This document shows positions 17,401-26,439 of a stretch of DNA of 64,000 nt, piece by piece (within the stretch, counting starts at the first letter, position 1; each line of letters opens with the position of its first letter). The position numbers and the translations under genes are program-made. The stretch is from NCBI GenBank assembly GCA_042570545.1, contig JBHPGJ010000003.1:8214-72213 (forward strand). The letters are read 5' to 3'. The stretch is from Patescibacteria group bacterium. Lineage in GTDB: Bacteria; Patescibacteriota; Patescibacteriia; JBHPGJ01. The notes under the pieces were generated by a model. It saw only the letters and a program-made list of their open reading frames with translations. It was not told the DNA's origin and did not search any database.

Positions 17401-18880
17401 TTGGCAACTCACCGCCGCCAATTCCATCTCCTGGCTCGGCAAATTTGCCATCGCCGTCATAATCAAAATTAGAATAAACCGTACCATAATATATATCACT
17501 TGGGATACCGGCGCTATCGCTTAAACCAAAATCATAAAAAAGTCTTGCTGGAATAATCATATCACCGCTTTCACCACCTACATCTCCACCATCACCATCA
17601 CCACCCAACAAAACGTATTCCGTTGTTGAATTCGCCCAGACATCTCTGATAAAATTCCTGATTCTGGAAGCGTTATCATCATGTCCGGCCACATGGCAAT
17701 AATCATCCCCGAAATAAAAGTTCAATGATCTCATGTAAGCACTGTTGCATTCATAGTCCGGATTAGAGAGAATTGATTCAACCGTAACAACGGTAGAGCT
17801 GATGGGATTATTCGGTCGGCTTGCTTTCCAGTCAGCCAGGGGCTGAAAATCACTAACAAATTCTTCGCTGGTGATAATGACATAATTAAAATCAGACTGC
17901 GCAGTTTGGGAGCTTTCATCACTGCCTGATTCAGTAATTAATTTTTCATAGGCAGGCTCATCAATAGACTTTCCTTTTTTATAAGTATTTAATTTATCAT
18001 AATTATCCACCCTCACTTTTACTTCTTCCTCATCAACGGGCAGCTTTCTAAAAGAGGCCGGCACTTCATATCCTGCAACCTCCTTTGTTTTTACCTCAAA
18101 AGAAATATCCGGATAATATTCAACTATTCTGTCTTTCGGAAAGTACTTAACCGGAAAAATGTTTAAGATCAATATTGAGTAACCCCGAAACTCCTGTATT
18201 GAAGCAATTTCATAATCTTTTACCGGGAATGGCTTGCTGGATTCATAAATCTCCGGATCAGGGGCAGTTCTTACAAATAACTCTGTTTTTAGATTCCCTT
18301 CATCATCCAATAAATACTTTGGCACCTCTCCTCCAAATTTTTTCTTGACAAGTTCAATGTCTGGAGACGGAACAAATTCATCATAAAAAATTAATTCATC
18401 TGAATGTGTGGTACTGACAATCTCATTAATAGCAGGTAGATACGACAGAGGAATCGGCTGTTGAACTGGTTCAATATTAACATTTTTGAACACTTGTTTA
18501 CTTTTTTTACTTATACTAACTGAGTCAACGTCATGTCCTTGCGGTAGCAGGATCCTTTTTGTCATAACTGGCAAACTGGGCTCTCCTAGATTTCCGATTG
18601 GATTCGTTCCTTCAATAGTAACTGAATGAAATCCAAAATCCTTATTATCAATCCTTGGTGTTGGGGCCGATACTTGCAAGGAAAATGTGGGTTTAACAAT
18701 TGATTTAAAAATTCCAATGTCTTTGCCAAATAAACCATAGCTTGCTGCCGCATAAGCAAAAAATCCAACAGAAATTACTAACAGTAAAGCTGTAACAATT
18801 AACGTTTTAGCATTAACATAAATTCCAATATCTGATTTTACTTCGGTTGATATTGATTCTGTTATTTTTTGAGAAGTCAT
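14417..18880 (-). CDS. Peptidase C25 (gingipain-like) with propeptide, FG-GAP repeats and Cys-rich tail
   Basis: GEPSLPV propeptide, YVIIT...LADWK, YVLLGGD, SDIYY, IGRAPV, catalytic-type NHLGH and SQGC, ELNVIGDPE; repeated GDIDNDG..EIV / GWPV units. Confidence 0.9.
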   Translation of the reverse strand: MTSQKITESISTEVKSDIGIYVNAKTLIVTALLLVISVGFFAYAAASYGLFGKDIGIFKSIVKPTFSLQVSAPTPRIDNKDFGFHSVTIEGTNPIGNLGEPSLPVMTKRILLPQGHDVDSVSISKKSKQVFKNVNIEPVQQPIPLSYLPAINEIVSTTHSDELIFYDEFVPSPDIELVKKKFGGEVPKYLLDDEGNLKTELFVRTAPDPEIYESSKPFPVKDYEIASIQEFRGYSILILNIFPVKYFPKDRIVEYYPDISFEVKTKEVAGYEVPASFRKLPVDEEEVKVRVDNYDKLNTYKKGKSIDEPAYEKLITESGSDESSQTAQSDFNYVIITSEEFVSDFQPLADWKASRPNNPISSTVVTVESILSNPDYECNSAYMRSLNFYFGDDYCHVAGHDDNASRIRNFIRDVWANSTTEYVLLGGDGDGGDVGGESGDMIIPARLFYDFGLSDSAGIPSDIYYGTVYSNFDYDGDGKFAEPGDGIGGGELPMMGDVYIGRAPVDSSAEVQTFVSKTIAYEQSDADYLKKALTVGEHLGFGTVAEYATETMEQIKWGGYHDGYNTNGLYEDYLIDPIYDSEVYSWSNTELIEIMNQGVNFINHLGHSSTLYNMKLCHAPFNSPGSYCGDSGDTDLDQLTNTDYFLVYSQGCYPASFDNWNYEGDYTESDSIAEHFVLDDNGAFAFVGNSRFGWGRFDSTDGPSQRFHRQFVDTMIVDGITNIAKANYQSKFKNFGNLSDPYIRFVAYELNVIGDPETPIKMPTFDEPLAGIMIPTYYDEVTDSINISGVAKKGTSETATFDHYTLSWGVGEPEEVTQWYTEGITLENSGTLEVDRGTLGSLDTLVAPDNTISLKLEVFNGSGLSSVQTIPIFVSNVKINEPLNYDIYRIGDELVIKGDLKGHHIINSVLEWRISDGDWSNVGLTLDDTDESIIGYWDTSVIGSKGLYELRLMVNYDIYSDSEETVVLYFDNFKMGWPVRIDHELADCKAWAGDLDGNVGDFNGDGKNEIVFYAGDCPPQLHIYNASGNEIGLIDVGVSGDKLLGGNMHKPVVGDIDNDSKDEIVVHFQNWGFSPSPSQIHAYNLDGSEVPGWPVDFESEITGLAMADLDLDGQLEVIIHDQQGEDNIIKILNNDASPVSTCTLTDTFTYQYWFVEYGTPAVGNFDEDQELEIVIISLREVGYQRSAGRINVLNSDCSYVNGWPVDIDGNIFNSPAVGDIDNDGNADIIFGTMDDLGVYALDKNGQDLTGWPALQGGGNFFSSPALTDFEGDGTLEVVISNDNIETFVIEHDGSIAKDWPQNPSWVDVYGSVTADIDNDGEPEIITTDYSSIYDGGGVFAWNFDGTLLADFPKLTESYSLAPAMIVDLDGDNLLELVATSNRDKDFINDRSKQRGSIYVWDLGVPEIPSINDWPLFSHDNRHTGNFKMQCSDKTYINECSSKKPLFCEDNELINDCQVCGCSSNKRCQENGTCVSKDLYIPREEISE

Positions 18881-19069
18881 ATTATTCTAGATTTGAATTT
18901 ATATAATAAAAAAAGCCCCAAAAAGGAGCGTCTTATTTTGAAAATTTACTCTGGACAAAAGCATCATCCATAAAATTTTATTTAATTTCTTTAGATAATC
19001 TTACCTTATCTTGGCTAATTTGTAAATGGAAATACTTGATGCTTATTGGTAAGTGGGGTTTTTATAATT

Positions 19070-19237
19070 CTATTCACAAGGCTCGGTTGGTTCCGGCGCT
19101 GATGGCACGCCGTGCTTGACCCACCGGCCATCCTGACACAGCCAGGTGTCCTCATCCCCGGCAATAAAGCGGATGCCCAGGATAACCACAACAACTATCA
19201 GTACGATCATCACAATTTTTAAGATTTTATTCTTCAT
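19070..19237 (-). CDS. Small membrane-anchored protein (55 aa), below the ORF track cutoff
   Basis: MKNKILKIVMIVLIVVVVILGIRFIAGDEDTWLCQDGRWVKHGVPSAPEPTEPCE; starts 6 bp after the SRAP stop. Confidence 0.75.
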   Translation of the reverse strand: MKNKILKIVMIVLIVVVVILGIRFIAGDEDTWLCQDGRWVKHGVPSAPEPTEPCE

Positions 19238-19243
19238 AAATAG

Positions 19244-19924
19244 CTACGGTAACCAACTATCTAGTTCAATTGGTTGGATAACTTCGGGCACATCGACCGA
19301 GGGTGAGTTTACCAGATGAGAAACGGGAAACAGTTTCAGTTGCCTCTCCGGGTATGGTTTCAGTAAATTCATTAGATCATCAGTTTTAGCTTCATCATCA
19401 ATCCAATATTGTTCATCTTTCTTGTCGAGCATTACCGGCATGCGATTATGGACAGAAGCTACTAAGGAATTTGAGTTAGTAGTGATGATGGCAAATGAGG
19501 GAATTATTCGGCCTGGTTTGGTCTGATATAATTCCCACAACCCGGCAAAAGCAAAAGGTTCATCGTTTTTTAGGGTAATACGATAAGGTTGCTTACCACC
19601 TGGCCGACCGCGCTGCCATTCAAAAAAACCATCGGCAATTATCAAACATCGCCTTTTTTTAAAAGGTGCGCGAAACGAAGGCTTGGTCAACAAGGTTTCG
19701 GCTCGAGCATTAATGAAACCATCTTGATGTTTATCCCTTTTTAACCATTTGGGTCTAAGTCCCCACAATCCTAGACGTATAGCCTCGGGCTGGTCATTAG
19801 TTATTACCGGCAGTTTCTGTGATGGAGCTGCGTTATAATGATGAAATAGCGGCTCTTGGACCTTGGCCTTAAATCTTTTTTCTAATATGTCATCAGGTGT
19901 AAGAATGGAAAATCGACCGCACAT
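19244..19924 (-). CDS. SOS response-associated peptidase (SRAP/YedK/HMCES family)
   Basis: N-terminal MCGRF, INARAET, RRCLIIADGFFEW and HNRMPV motifs. Confidence 0.95.
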   Translation of the reverse strand: MCGRFSILTPDDILEKRFKAKVQEPLFHHYNAAPSQKLPVITNDQPEAIRLGLWGLRPKWLKRDKHQDGFINARAETLLTKPSFRAPFKKRRCLIIADGFFEWQRGRPGGKQPYRITLKNDEPFAFAGLWELYQTKPGRIIPSFAIITTNSNSLVASVHNRMPVMLDKKDEQYWIDDEAKTDDLMNLLKPYPERQLKLFPVSHLVNSPSVDVPEVIQPIELDSWLP

Positions 19925-19955
19925 ATATACAGCATAATTTGAAAATTAAAAAAAA

Positions 19956-20378
19956 TCAAAAACGGGAAGCTGTCTTCCCGTTTTTATCCTGTTGCTTCAG
20001 TCCATGTCGGATAGCCGTGATTATACCGGTGGCTAGCGATACTAACCAAATAATCAGGGCCTTATATCCATACTGTCGGATATAATTAGTACACTTGATT
20101 ATCCGCCATGAGCCGATATGAGAGGCAAAAATCAGATTATGCCCAGCCGCTAGCCCGACTGTTGTCATGGCCAACAAACCAAGCCACCCGACAAAGCCGT
20201 GAAAACTAGTTGGCCCGGCGGCCAACAGGCCCATCTTTATACTAGCCAGCCAGTCAAGGGCCAGGCCGATTACCAAAACCTGAAAATATCGGCGACGGTA
20301 CCAGTGACTAAGTCCGTAAAGACCGTAGCAATATAGCACCAGAACGATTATGACAAGAACGACTGCGTCGTACATCAC
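19956..20378 (-). CDS. Hypothetical 4-TM membrane protein
   Basis: AAGGAGGT SD at 20382-20389; four hydrophobic segments; AAAAACGGGAAG/CTTCCCGTTTTT hairpin at its 3' end. Confidence 0.7.
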   Translation of the reverse strand: MMYDAVVLVIIVLVLYCYGLYGLSHWYRRRYFQVLVIGLALDWLASIKMGLLAAGPTSFHGFVGWLGLLAMTTVGLAAGHNLIFASHIGSWRIIKCTNYIRQYGYKALIIWLVSLATGIITAIRHGLKQQDKNGKTASRF

Positions 20379-20442
20379 GCTACCTCCTTTACGGATGTAT
20401 TTTTGTTTTTTCCCTCTTAATCTACCAAATTAATAATGATGA

Positions 20443-21576
20443 CTATTTCTTGGCCGAAATTATTTCTCGGTATAATTTTTCTAACATGTCGACCACGTTT
20501 TCCCATGAAAATTTTTCTGCCGTCTTGAGTCCTTGGTTAATATACCGTCGCTGACGTTCTTTATCATTTAGCAGATCAACCAAGGCTTGAGCTAGGGCTT
20601 TGGGATTGCGGGGTTGAGTTAAAAATCCGTCCCTATCATGACTAACGACAGCGTTGTAACCCGGAATATTTGAAGCGATTACCGGCTTACCAGCCGCCAT
20701 AGCCTCAATCAATACAATACCAAAACTTTCGGCGCCGGTTGACGGGAAGACACAAATATCGGCCGCCGCATAATATTGCGGCAGTTCTGATTCGGTAGCA
20801 TAACCGGTAAACCTTACTCGATCTTTCAAGCGCGGAAGAACCATGTTCTGATAATAGGTTTTTAAGAAACCACCGCCGACCACGACTAACCTAGCCCTGG
20901 GAATTTTATCAATAACGTGAGGCATAGCGGCTACAATATAACGAATTCCTTTACGGGGAGATAGCCGGCCAATGCTTACTATCAACGGATCATTATTTTG
21001 TCGTATACCCGGCAGTGGTTGGTTGGTCGGATTAAATCTTTTGTTATCTACTCCATTTGGAATGATATGATAATCACCGGGAAAATACTGATTGATAAAT
21101 TCTCTAGCATTTTTAGATACGACTATGTTACCGTCGATTTTTTTATGACTGTTACGCCATAAGCGGCTAAAGTAATCATAAATAATATTGTGTCCAGTGG
21201 CGGTGCTGGTGTGATAGGTACCAACCTTGGGGCAGGTAAAGGTTTTGGTGGCCAACAAAGGCAGGATCGGATCTAGGGGTGTATGTATGTGAACAATGTC
21301 AAATTGTTTATTCTTTTGTATCAGTTGCAGCTTCCTTCTCAAGTGTCGGCCAACTGTAAAATGAGCATAAGAGCCGTTAGCTGGTATGGTCACATTTAAA
21401 CCAAGTCTGATCACATCCAAACCATGATCATGTTCGCTGTCAAACGGTGTATAATTAGCCGTTATTACCGTTACCTGATGGCCTCTATTTTTCAGTTCAT
21501 TAGCCGTATGATAAACATGCTGAGACACCCCACCCCTGACCGGAAAAAAACTTTGTGTGACTATACCAATTTTCAC
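20443..21576 (-). CDS. Glycosyltransferase family 4 (PimA-like)
   Basis: GGVSQHV, IIPNGVD, GRLSPRKG and ESFGIVLIEAMAAGKPVIAS motifs. Confidence 0.93.
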   Translation of the reverse strand: MKIGIVTQSFFPVRGGVSQHVYHTANELKNRGHQVTVITANYTPFDSEHDHGLDVIRLGLNVTIPANGSYAHFTVGRHLRRKLQLIQKNKQFDIVHIHTPLDPILPLLATKTFTCPKVGTYHTSTATGHNIIYDYFSRLWRNSHKKIDGNIVVSKNAREFINQYFPGDYHIIPNGVDNKRFNPTNQPLPGIRQNNDPLIVSIGRLSPRKGIRYIVAAMPHVIDKIPRARLVVVGGGFLKTYYQNMVLPRLKDRVRFTGYATESELPQYYAAADICVFPSTGAESFGIVLIEAMAAGKPVIASNIPGYNAVVSHDRDGFLTQPRNPKALAQALVDLLNDKERQRRYINQGLKTAEKFSWENVVDMLEKLYREIISAKK

Positions 21577-21611
21577 CGACTACTTTATTGCCCGATTAAT
21601 TGCGGGGTAGA

Positions 21612-22154
21612 TTAGAATCCAAGCGGCGTGCTAGCGTCTCCAAATCCGACTGAAAAATTACTTTCGCCAGCATCAACCAAGAAAGCCAAGAAACCAGTAT
21701 CATCGATGGCGCTGTTGGTACCAACAATTTTAAAATCTGACAACGATACTGTCTGTCCGCTGCCGGTCAGTAATTTTGCATCTGTTCTAAGCCAGGAGTT
21801 AATATCTCTTAGATCAGCTGTTGCCAGCCGTTCATAATAAACAACGACATACTTTTGACCGCTGGGTGCCGTATCGCCCCGCCATGAACTATCGTCCAGA
21901 GCTGAGGTGATATTAAAATCAATACCCTTGTGAGAAATAGTTTTGGTAACTTCAATATCGCCGATGTCGGCATTAACATTTAAGTTCACTGTATCGACCG
22001 TTTGTGTATTAGTATTTTTTGGTGTTACGGGTGTGGCGTTTGTAGTAGTTGTGGATGCCTCTTCGTTGTTAAGAAAGAAAAACCAGCCACCAGCGATAAC
22101 CGCCCCCGCCGCGATTAAGACTATGACTACGTATAGTACTATTTTTTTATTCAT
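21612..22154 (-). CDS. Membrane-anchored hypothetical protein with Thr/Asn-rich linker
   Basis: Likely start MNKKIVLYVVIV at 22154; TM, Thr-rich linker, then a beta-rich domain. Confidence 0.7.
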   Translation of the reverse strand: MNKKIVLYVVIVLIAAGAVIAGGWFFFLNNEEASTTTTNATPVTPKNTNTQTVDTVNLNVNADIGDIEVTKTISHKGIDFNITSALDDSSWRGDTAPSGQKYVVVYYERLATADLRDINSWLRTDAKLLTGSGQTVSLSDFKIVGTNSAIDDTGFLAFLVDAGESNFSVGFGDASTPLGF

Positions 22155-22386
22155 TGAGATGTCCTTAAATAATACCCTTAAAGTATAAAAAATATCCGGG
22201 AATAGAGCAAGTTGACAATTATGCCGTTCATTAATACATTTACATTTATCGATGTGCCGCATCGTAAGATGTTGTGTCTCGCTAAGATGCCTCAGACACA
22301 CCAAGTGGGGCACAACATCACCGCCAGGCTCTCCTCTTTCTGTTTCCTTGAGGGCCTGGTTTATCTTGTTTATAGATGTAATAGTG

Positions 22387-22462
22387 TGGTAGCCCCAAGG
22401 GGAATCGAACCCCTGTTTTCAGGATGAGAACCTGATGTCCTGGGCCACTAGACGATGGGGCC
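22387..22462 (-). tRNA. tRNA-Glu(CTC)
   Basis: GGCCCCATCGTCTAGTGG...TCAGG-TTCTCAT-CCTGA...GGTTCGATTCC...CCA; 76 nt cloverleaf. Confidence 0.96.
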
Positions 22463-22586
22463 AAGTTCGCTGGTATAAAAAAACAGCAAAAGTAGTATAG
22501 GGGTCAGAGTCCCAAAAATCAAGGTTTTGATTACCTTGAAAGTTGGGTCGTAAAACCCTTTGGTAAAGGGTCTAATATATTTGAAA

Positions 22587-22766
22587 TTAGTCGTCGCGCT
22601 GAGCGTAGATGCCAGCCAAGAAAGCAACCATGGCCAGGGTCAAGTAGAAGTATGACGAAAGATAAATCTGTTGGTCCGATATCTCGGTAGCCACACCAAA
22701 CACAGCCATGACAACGCCAAACCAATAATAACTTTTCGCCAAAACGGCCCGATGGAGTCTAAACAC
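22587..22766 (-). CDS. Small 2-TM membrane protein (59 aa), not in the ORF track
   Basis: AAGGAGGTG SD (22774-22782) before GTG; MFRLHRAVLAKSYYWFGVVMAVFGVATEISDQQIYLSSYFYLTLAMVAFLAGIYAQRDD. Confidence 0.7.
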   Translation of the reverse strand: MFRLHRAVLAKSYYWFGVVMAVFGVATEISDQQIYLSSYFYLTLAMVAFLAGIYAQRDD

Positions 22767-22827
22767 TAATTTTCACCTCCTTTTTACTTTTATTTGCTTT
22801 ATTTATCAAAAAAACGCTTGATTAACT

Positions 22828-23847
22828 TCATTTTACCTTTTTTACTACCTTTTCCGCAAGCTCTACTAATCGGGTAGAATATCCCCATTCATTATCATAC
22901 CAGGCAACCACATGGATCAGGTCACCATCAACCACCTCTGTCAAAGACAGGTCAACTATAGCTGAGTGAGGATCACCAATTAGATCGGACGACACTACCG
23001 GTTCGCTGGTCACGGCCAGTAGATGGCTGTAATTTGGATCAGCCGCCTTTTTACTAAAGGCCTCATTGACCTCCTCTTTAGATACCTGGCGACCGACTAA
23101 AACTGTAAAATCCGATAAAGAAACGACGGGGGTGGGCACGCGAACGGCATAACCGTCAAACTTACCGGCTATTTCGGGAATGGTTTCAGTGGTTGAGATT
23201 GCTGCCCCTGAGCTGGTCGGAATGATATTTATCGCCGCGGCTCTGGCCCGTCTTAAATCCTTGTGTGAATTATCCAACAAGTTCTGATCCGAGGTATAAG
23301 AATGGATAGTGGTCATAAAACCCTTTTTAAAACCAAAGGCCCGATTTATTATACCGGCAACCGTGGCCACGCAGTTGGTCGTACATGAGGCATTTGATAC
23401 CAACTTGTCACCCTGATAATTATCTTCATTAACACCAATTACGTAGGTGGGTACATCACCAGTGCCTTTGGGTGGCGCCGATAGTACAACTGCTTTGGCT
23501 CCAGCTTTAAGGTGGGCTTCAGCGGCTCGATCTTTTACAAAAGCACCCGTGCATTCTAATACTACGTCTATTTTTTTATCTGCCCAAGGTAGTTTTTCTG
23601 GTTGGCGCTCATGAGTAACAGAAATCTCGTCCTGACCGATAAGTAGTATGTCTTGATCCAGATCATAATTAACTGCTTCATCATACCGACCGTATACTGA
23701 ATCATACTTTAACAGATTGGCCATGGTGTCGACACTGGAAGTATTATTAATCGCTACCACTTCAATATTTTTATTTTTACGGGCGATGCGAAGTGCAATG
23801 CGTCCTACGCGCCCAAAGCCATTTATTGCAATACGTGTTTTTTTCAT
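22828..23847 (-). CDS. gap: Glyceraldehyde-3-phosphate dehydrogenase type I
   Basis: INGFGRVGR, SNASCTTNC and WYDNEWGYS motifs. Confidence 0.98.
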   Translation of the reverse strand: MKKTRIAINGFGRVGRIALRIARKNKNIEVVAINNTSSVDTMANLLKYDSVYGRYDEAVNYDLDQDILLIGQDEISVTHERQPEKLPWADKKIDVVLECTGAFVKDRAAEAHLKAGAKAVVLSAPPKGTGDVPTYVIGVNEDNYQGDKLVSNASCTTNCVATVAGIINRAFGFKKGFMTTIHSYTSDQNLLDNSHKDLRRARAAAINIIPTSSGAAISTTETIPEIAGKFDGYAVRVPTPVVSLSDFTVLVGRQVSKEEVNEAFSKKAADPNYSHLLAVTSEPVVSSDLIGDPHSAIVDLSLTEVVDGDLIHVVAWYDNEWGYSTRLVELAEKVVKKVK

Positions 23848-23861
23848 AAGATTAAACTTAA

Positions 23862-24647
23862 TTATGAAGCGGATATATTATTAATAATGTTTAAAAAGGT
23901 TTTTGGCTCACGACTGGCCGTACCGACTAAAACGCCATGGATATATTCGCGATCAACATAATTGGCCACATTCTCAGGAGTAACACTACCGCCATAAATA
24001 ATGGTAAAATTTTCTTGGACTACATTTTGCGGATATATATCAATAAGTGCTTGGGTAATGACGGTAGCAATTTCCTTAGCTTGATCGGGATCACAGGGCT
24101 GGCCAGGATATATCGACCACACAGGCTCATAACATATTTTTAAATGTTGTCTTTTGGTTGGTGGTGGTATATAACGCAAAGCTTTCTTAACCTGATCGGT
24201 TATAACCATATGCTGCACTCCTTGACGCCTTTCTTCAGCTGTTTCGCCGACACAAAGCAACGGTGTAAGCTGATGTCTAATAGCGGCAGCAACTTTTTTA
24301 TCAATCATTTCGTCGGTCTCACCGACATTTTGCCGTCTTTCTGAATGGCCAATGATCACGTGTGTCACCCCGACTTCTTTCAGCATTTCCGGTGCTATTT
24401 CACCGGTATAATTTCCCGGATCTTCCCAAAAAACATTTTGCGCTCCTAATTTTATGGATGAGTCCTTTATTATTTCACCGACAGATATTAATGATAAATA
24501 GGGTGGGCAGACAATCACCTCCGGTGAGGTTAGGGTTTCTAAACCAGACTTAATATCTTCGGCCAGTTTCACACTTTCTTCTATAAGTGTGTTCATCTTC
24601 CAATTAGCTACCACATATGTTTTTTTATCTGATAGTTTAACGGTCAT
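23862..24647 (-). CDS. tpiA: Triosephosphate isomerase
   Basis: NWKMN, GHSERR, YEPVW and YGGSV motifs. Confidence 0.95.
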   Translation of the reverse strand: MTVKLSDKKTYVVANWKMNTLIEESVKLAEDIKSGLETLTSPEVIVCPPYLSLISVGEIIKDSSIKLGAQNVFWEDPGNYTGEIAPEMLKEVGVTHVIIGHSERRQNVGETDEMIDKKVAAAIRHQLTPLLCVGETAEERRQGVQHMVITDQVKKALRYIPPPTKRQHLKICYEPVWSIYPGQPCDPDQAKEIATVITQALIDIYPQNVVQENFTIIYGGSVTPENVANYVDREYIHGVLVGTASREPKTFLNIINNISAS

Positions 24648-24650
24648 AAA

Positions 24651-25145
24651 TTATGATAATAAAGCACTTAAACCTATAGTGGTTATTGTAACAATTATTG
24701 AAGCAATTAACACACCCACTGAAATTAAAGCCAAGGCTAGTTTCCTTGGTACACCAAACACAAAGGCGGCTACTGTCCCCGTCCAGCCACCAGTGATCGG
24801 CAATGGTATAGCCACAAAGGCTATCAAGGCCAATGCACCCCAGCGTTCAAAGCGAGATATATTTTTACGTCGGGTCCTGGTAAACAGCCAGTGGAAGAAT
24901 TTATCCATCATCCGGCTATGTCGTCGCAACCAACGTGATATTGGCTCGAGTAGCCATATTAAAAATACCACCGGAATTAAATTGCCAACTATAGACAAAA
25001 TAACCACATCTAACCAAGGTAAAGAAAACACTTCTAACCCTATGGGAATAGCTGCCCTCAGCTCGGCAATCGGTAAAGTGGCGATTAACAATACGGCTAA
25101 TTCGTGAGGAATATTTTGAAATAAATTGGCATAATCAATGCCCAT
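24651..25145 (-). CDS. Small multi-drug export family membrane protein (COG2426-like)
   Basis: LPIAELRAAIP and FVAIPLPITGGWTG motifs. Confidence 0.88.
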   Translation of the reverse strand: MGIDYANLFQNIPHELAVLLIATLPIAELRAAIPIGLEVFSLPWLDVVILSIVGNLIPVVFLIWLLEPISRWLRRHSRMMDKFFHWLFTRTRRKNISRFERWGALALIAFVAIPLPITGGWTGTVAAFVFGVPRKLALALISVGVLIASIIVTITTIGLSALLS

Positions 25146-25147
25146 TT

Positions 25148-25726
25148 TTATTTGACTTGCTTATCAGTCTGTTCGTCCTGATTAGGATTTAATTCTTGCT
25201 CTAATAATTGATCCAATACTTCGCTGCTTGATAATTTGTCATAATTGGGTAATTCGCTTGTTGAAGTTACGCCAAGGTGCCTCAGAAAATCAAAAGTAAC
25301 TTGATACATAGTAGTGTGGCTTTGCTTATTTTCCTCAGCATCAATAAGTCCCTTAATCAATAAATTTCGTAGTATCAATGCACAATTTACTCCCCTGATG
25401 ATGTCTAATTCGGCTTTAGTTATCGGTCCGCGATAGGCTATTATGGTCAATGTTTCTAGGGCTGGACGAGTTAGTTCACCTGAAATCTCAGATTTAATAT
25501 AATCGGCAACCAGCTTTCCATTATCGGGGTGAGTTGCCAGCTGAAATTTATTACCGATACGAAGCAATTGAATACCCCGTTCGCCTTCATTAAGGATTTT
25601 TTCCAGCTCATCTAGGGCTGATGTTGTATCGGTAACATTAGCACTAATTAAATCAGCAATATTTTTTGCCGTTAACGGCTTAGTAGCAACGAATAATATG
25701 CTTTCTACTTTGGTTATTAGTTTCAC
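25148..25726 (-). CDS. scpB: SMC-Scp complex subunit ScpB
   Basis: ESILFVATKP, LTRPALETLTIIAYRGPITKAELDIIRGVN. Confidence 0.95.
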   Translation of the reverse strand: MKLITKVESILFVATKPLTAKNIADLISANVTDTTSALDELEKILNEGERGIQLLRIGNKFQLATHPDNGKLVADYIKSEISGELTRPALETLTIIAYRGPITKAELDIIRGVNCALILRNLLIKGLIDAEENKQSHTTMYQVTFDFLRHLGVTSTSELPNYDKLSSSEVLDQLLEQELNPNQDEQTDKQVK

Positions 25727-26433
25727 TATATTGGCCTTTCTTCTTCTTTTTGAATTTCAATTTCATTGAACATGTCTTTTTGTACGACGGCCACCGATCT
25801 TTGCTTGACCAGTTCTAGCAGGGCTAAAAATGTGATAATCACGTCCATTTTGGATTTGGTAGTTTTTAATAAGGTACTGAAATTCACAAATGACTGATCA
25901 AATATTAAATTTTTTATTTGATTTATTTTTTCTTCAATATTCACTGTCCGCATAACCGCCTCTGGTGGTGGCGCCAAGTAAGGCTCTACTTCAGATATTA
26001 CATTTTTAAAAACCTCAGCTAGATCAGCCAACTTCAGTTTCTTTGGCGGATTAAACACTGGCTCGATCAAAATGCTGGTTTCCCGATAATAGCTGTATCG
26101 CTTGGTGGCAATTTGTCCTTGTATTTCTTTAGACGCATCTAGAAACGCCTTATACATCTTCAGCTGCTGTTCCAGTCGATATCCCTCGTCCTCCGCTTCT
26201 TTCTCCAGTTGGGGTAATAAAGATTTGGATTTTATCAATAGAAGCTTAGCCGCAACGACCAAGAAATCAGATAATTCCTCTGGATTTGCATCTTCCGCCT
26301 GTCGTAGAAGACTAATATATTGATCGGTTACCGCCGCTAATGATATCTGACTTATTTCCAGCTCTCTATCTTCTATCAAATTTAGCAACAGATCCAGCGG
26401 TCCTTCGAAATGTTGTATTTTTATTTTACGCAA
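25726..26433 (-). CDS. scpA: Segregation/condensation protein ScpA
   Basis: FEGPLDLLL...IKSKSLLP...TFLALLELVK. Confidence 0.95.
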   Translation of the reverse strand: MRKIKIQHFEGPLDLLLNLIEDRELEISQISLAAVTDQYISLLRQAEDANPEELSDFLVVAAKLLLIKSKSLLPQLEKEAEDEGYRLEQQLKMYKAFLDASKEIQGQIATKRYSYYRETSILIEPVFNPPKKLKLADLAEVFKNVISEVEPYLAPPPEAVMRTVNIEEKINQIKNLIFDQSFVNFSTLLKTTKSKMDVIITFLALLELVKQRSVAVVQKDMFNEIEIQKEEERPI

Positions 26434-26439
26434 TTATTT

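Noticed and set aside
22155-22313. Long N-terminal extension of ORF 21612-22313
   Set aside because: The signal-anchor start MNKKIVLY at 22154 is far more plausible.
22531-22725. ORF-track 64-aa ORF
   Set aside because: Wrong frame; the SD-led 22587-22766 frame explains the region.
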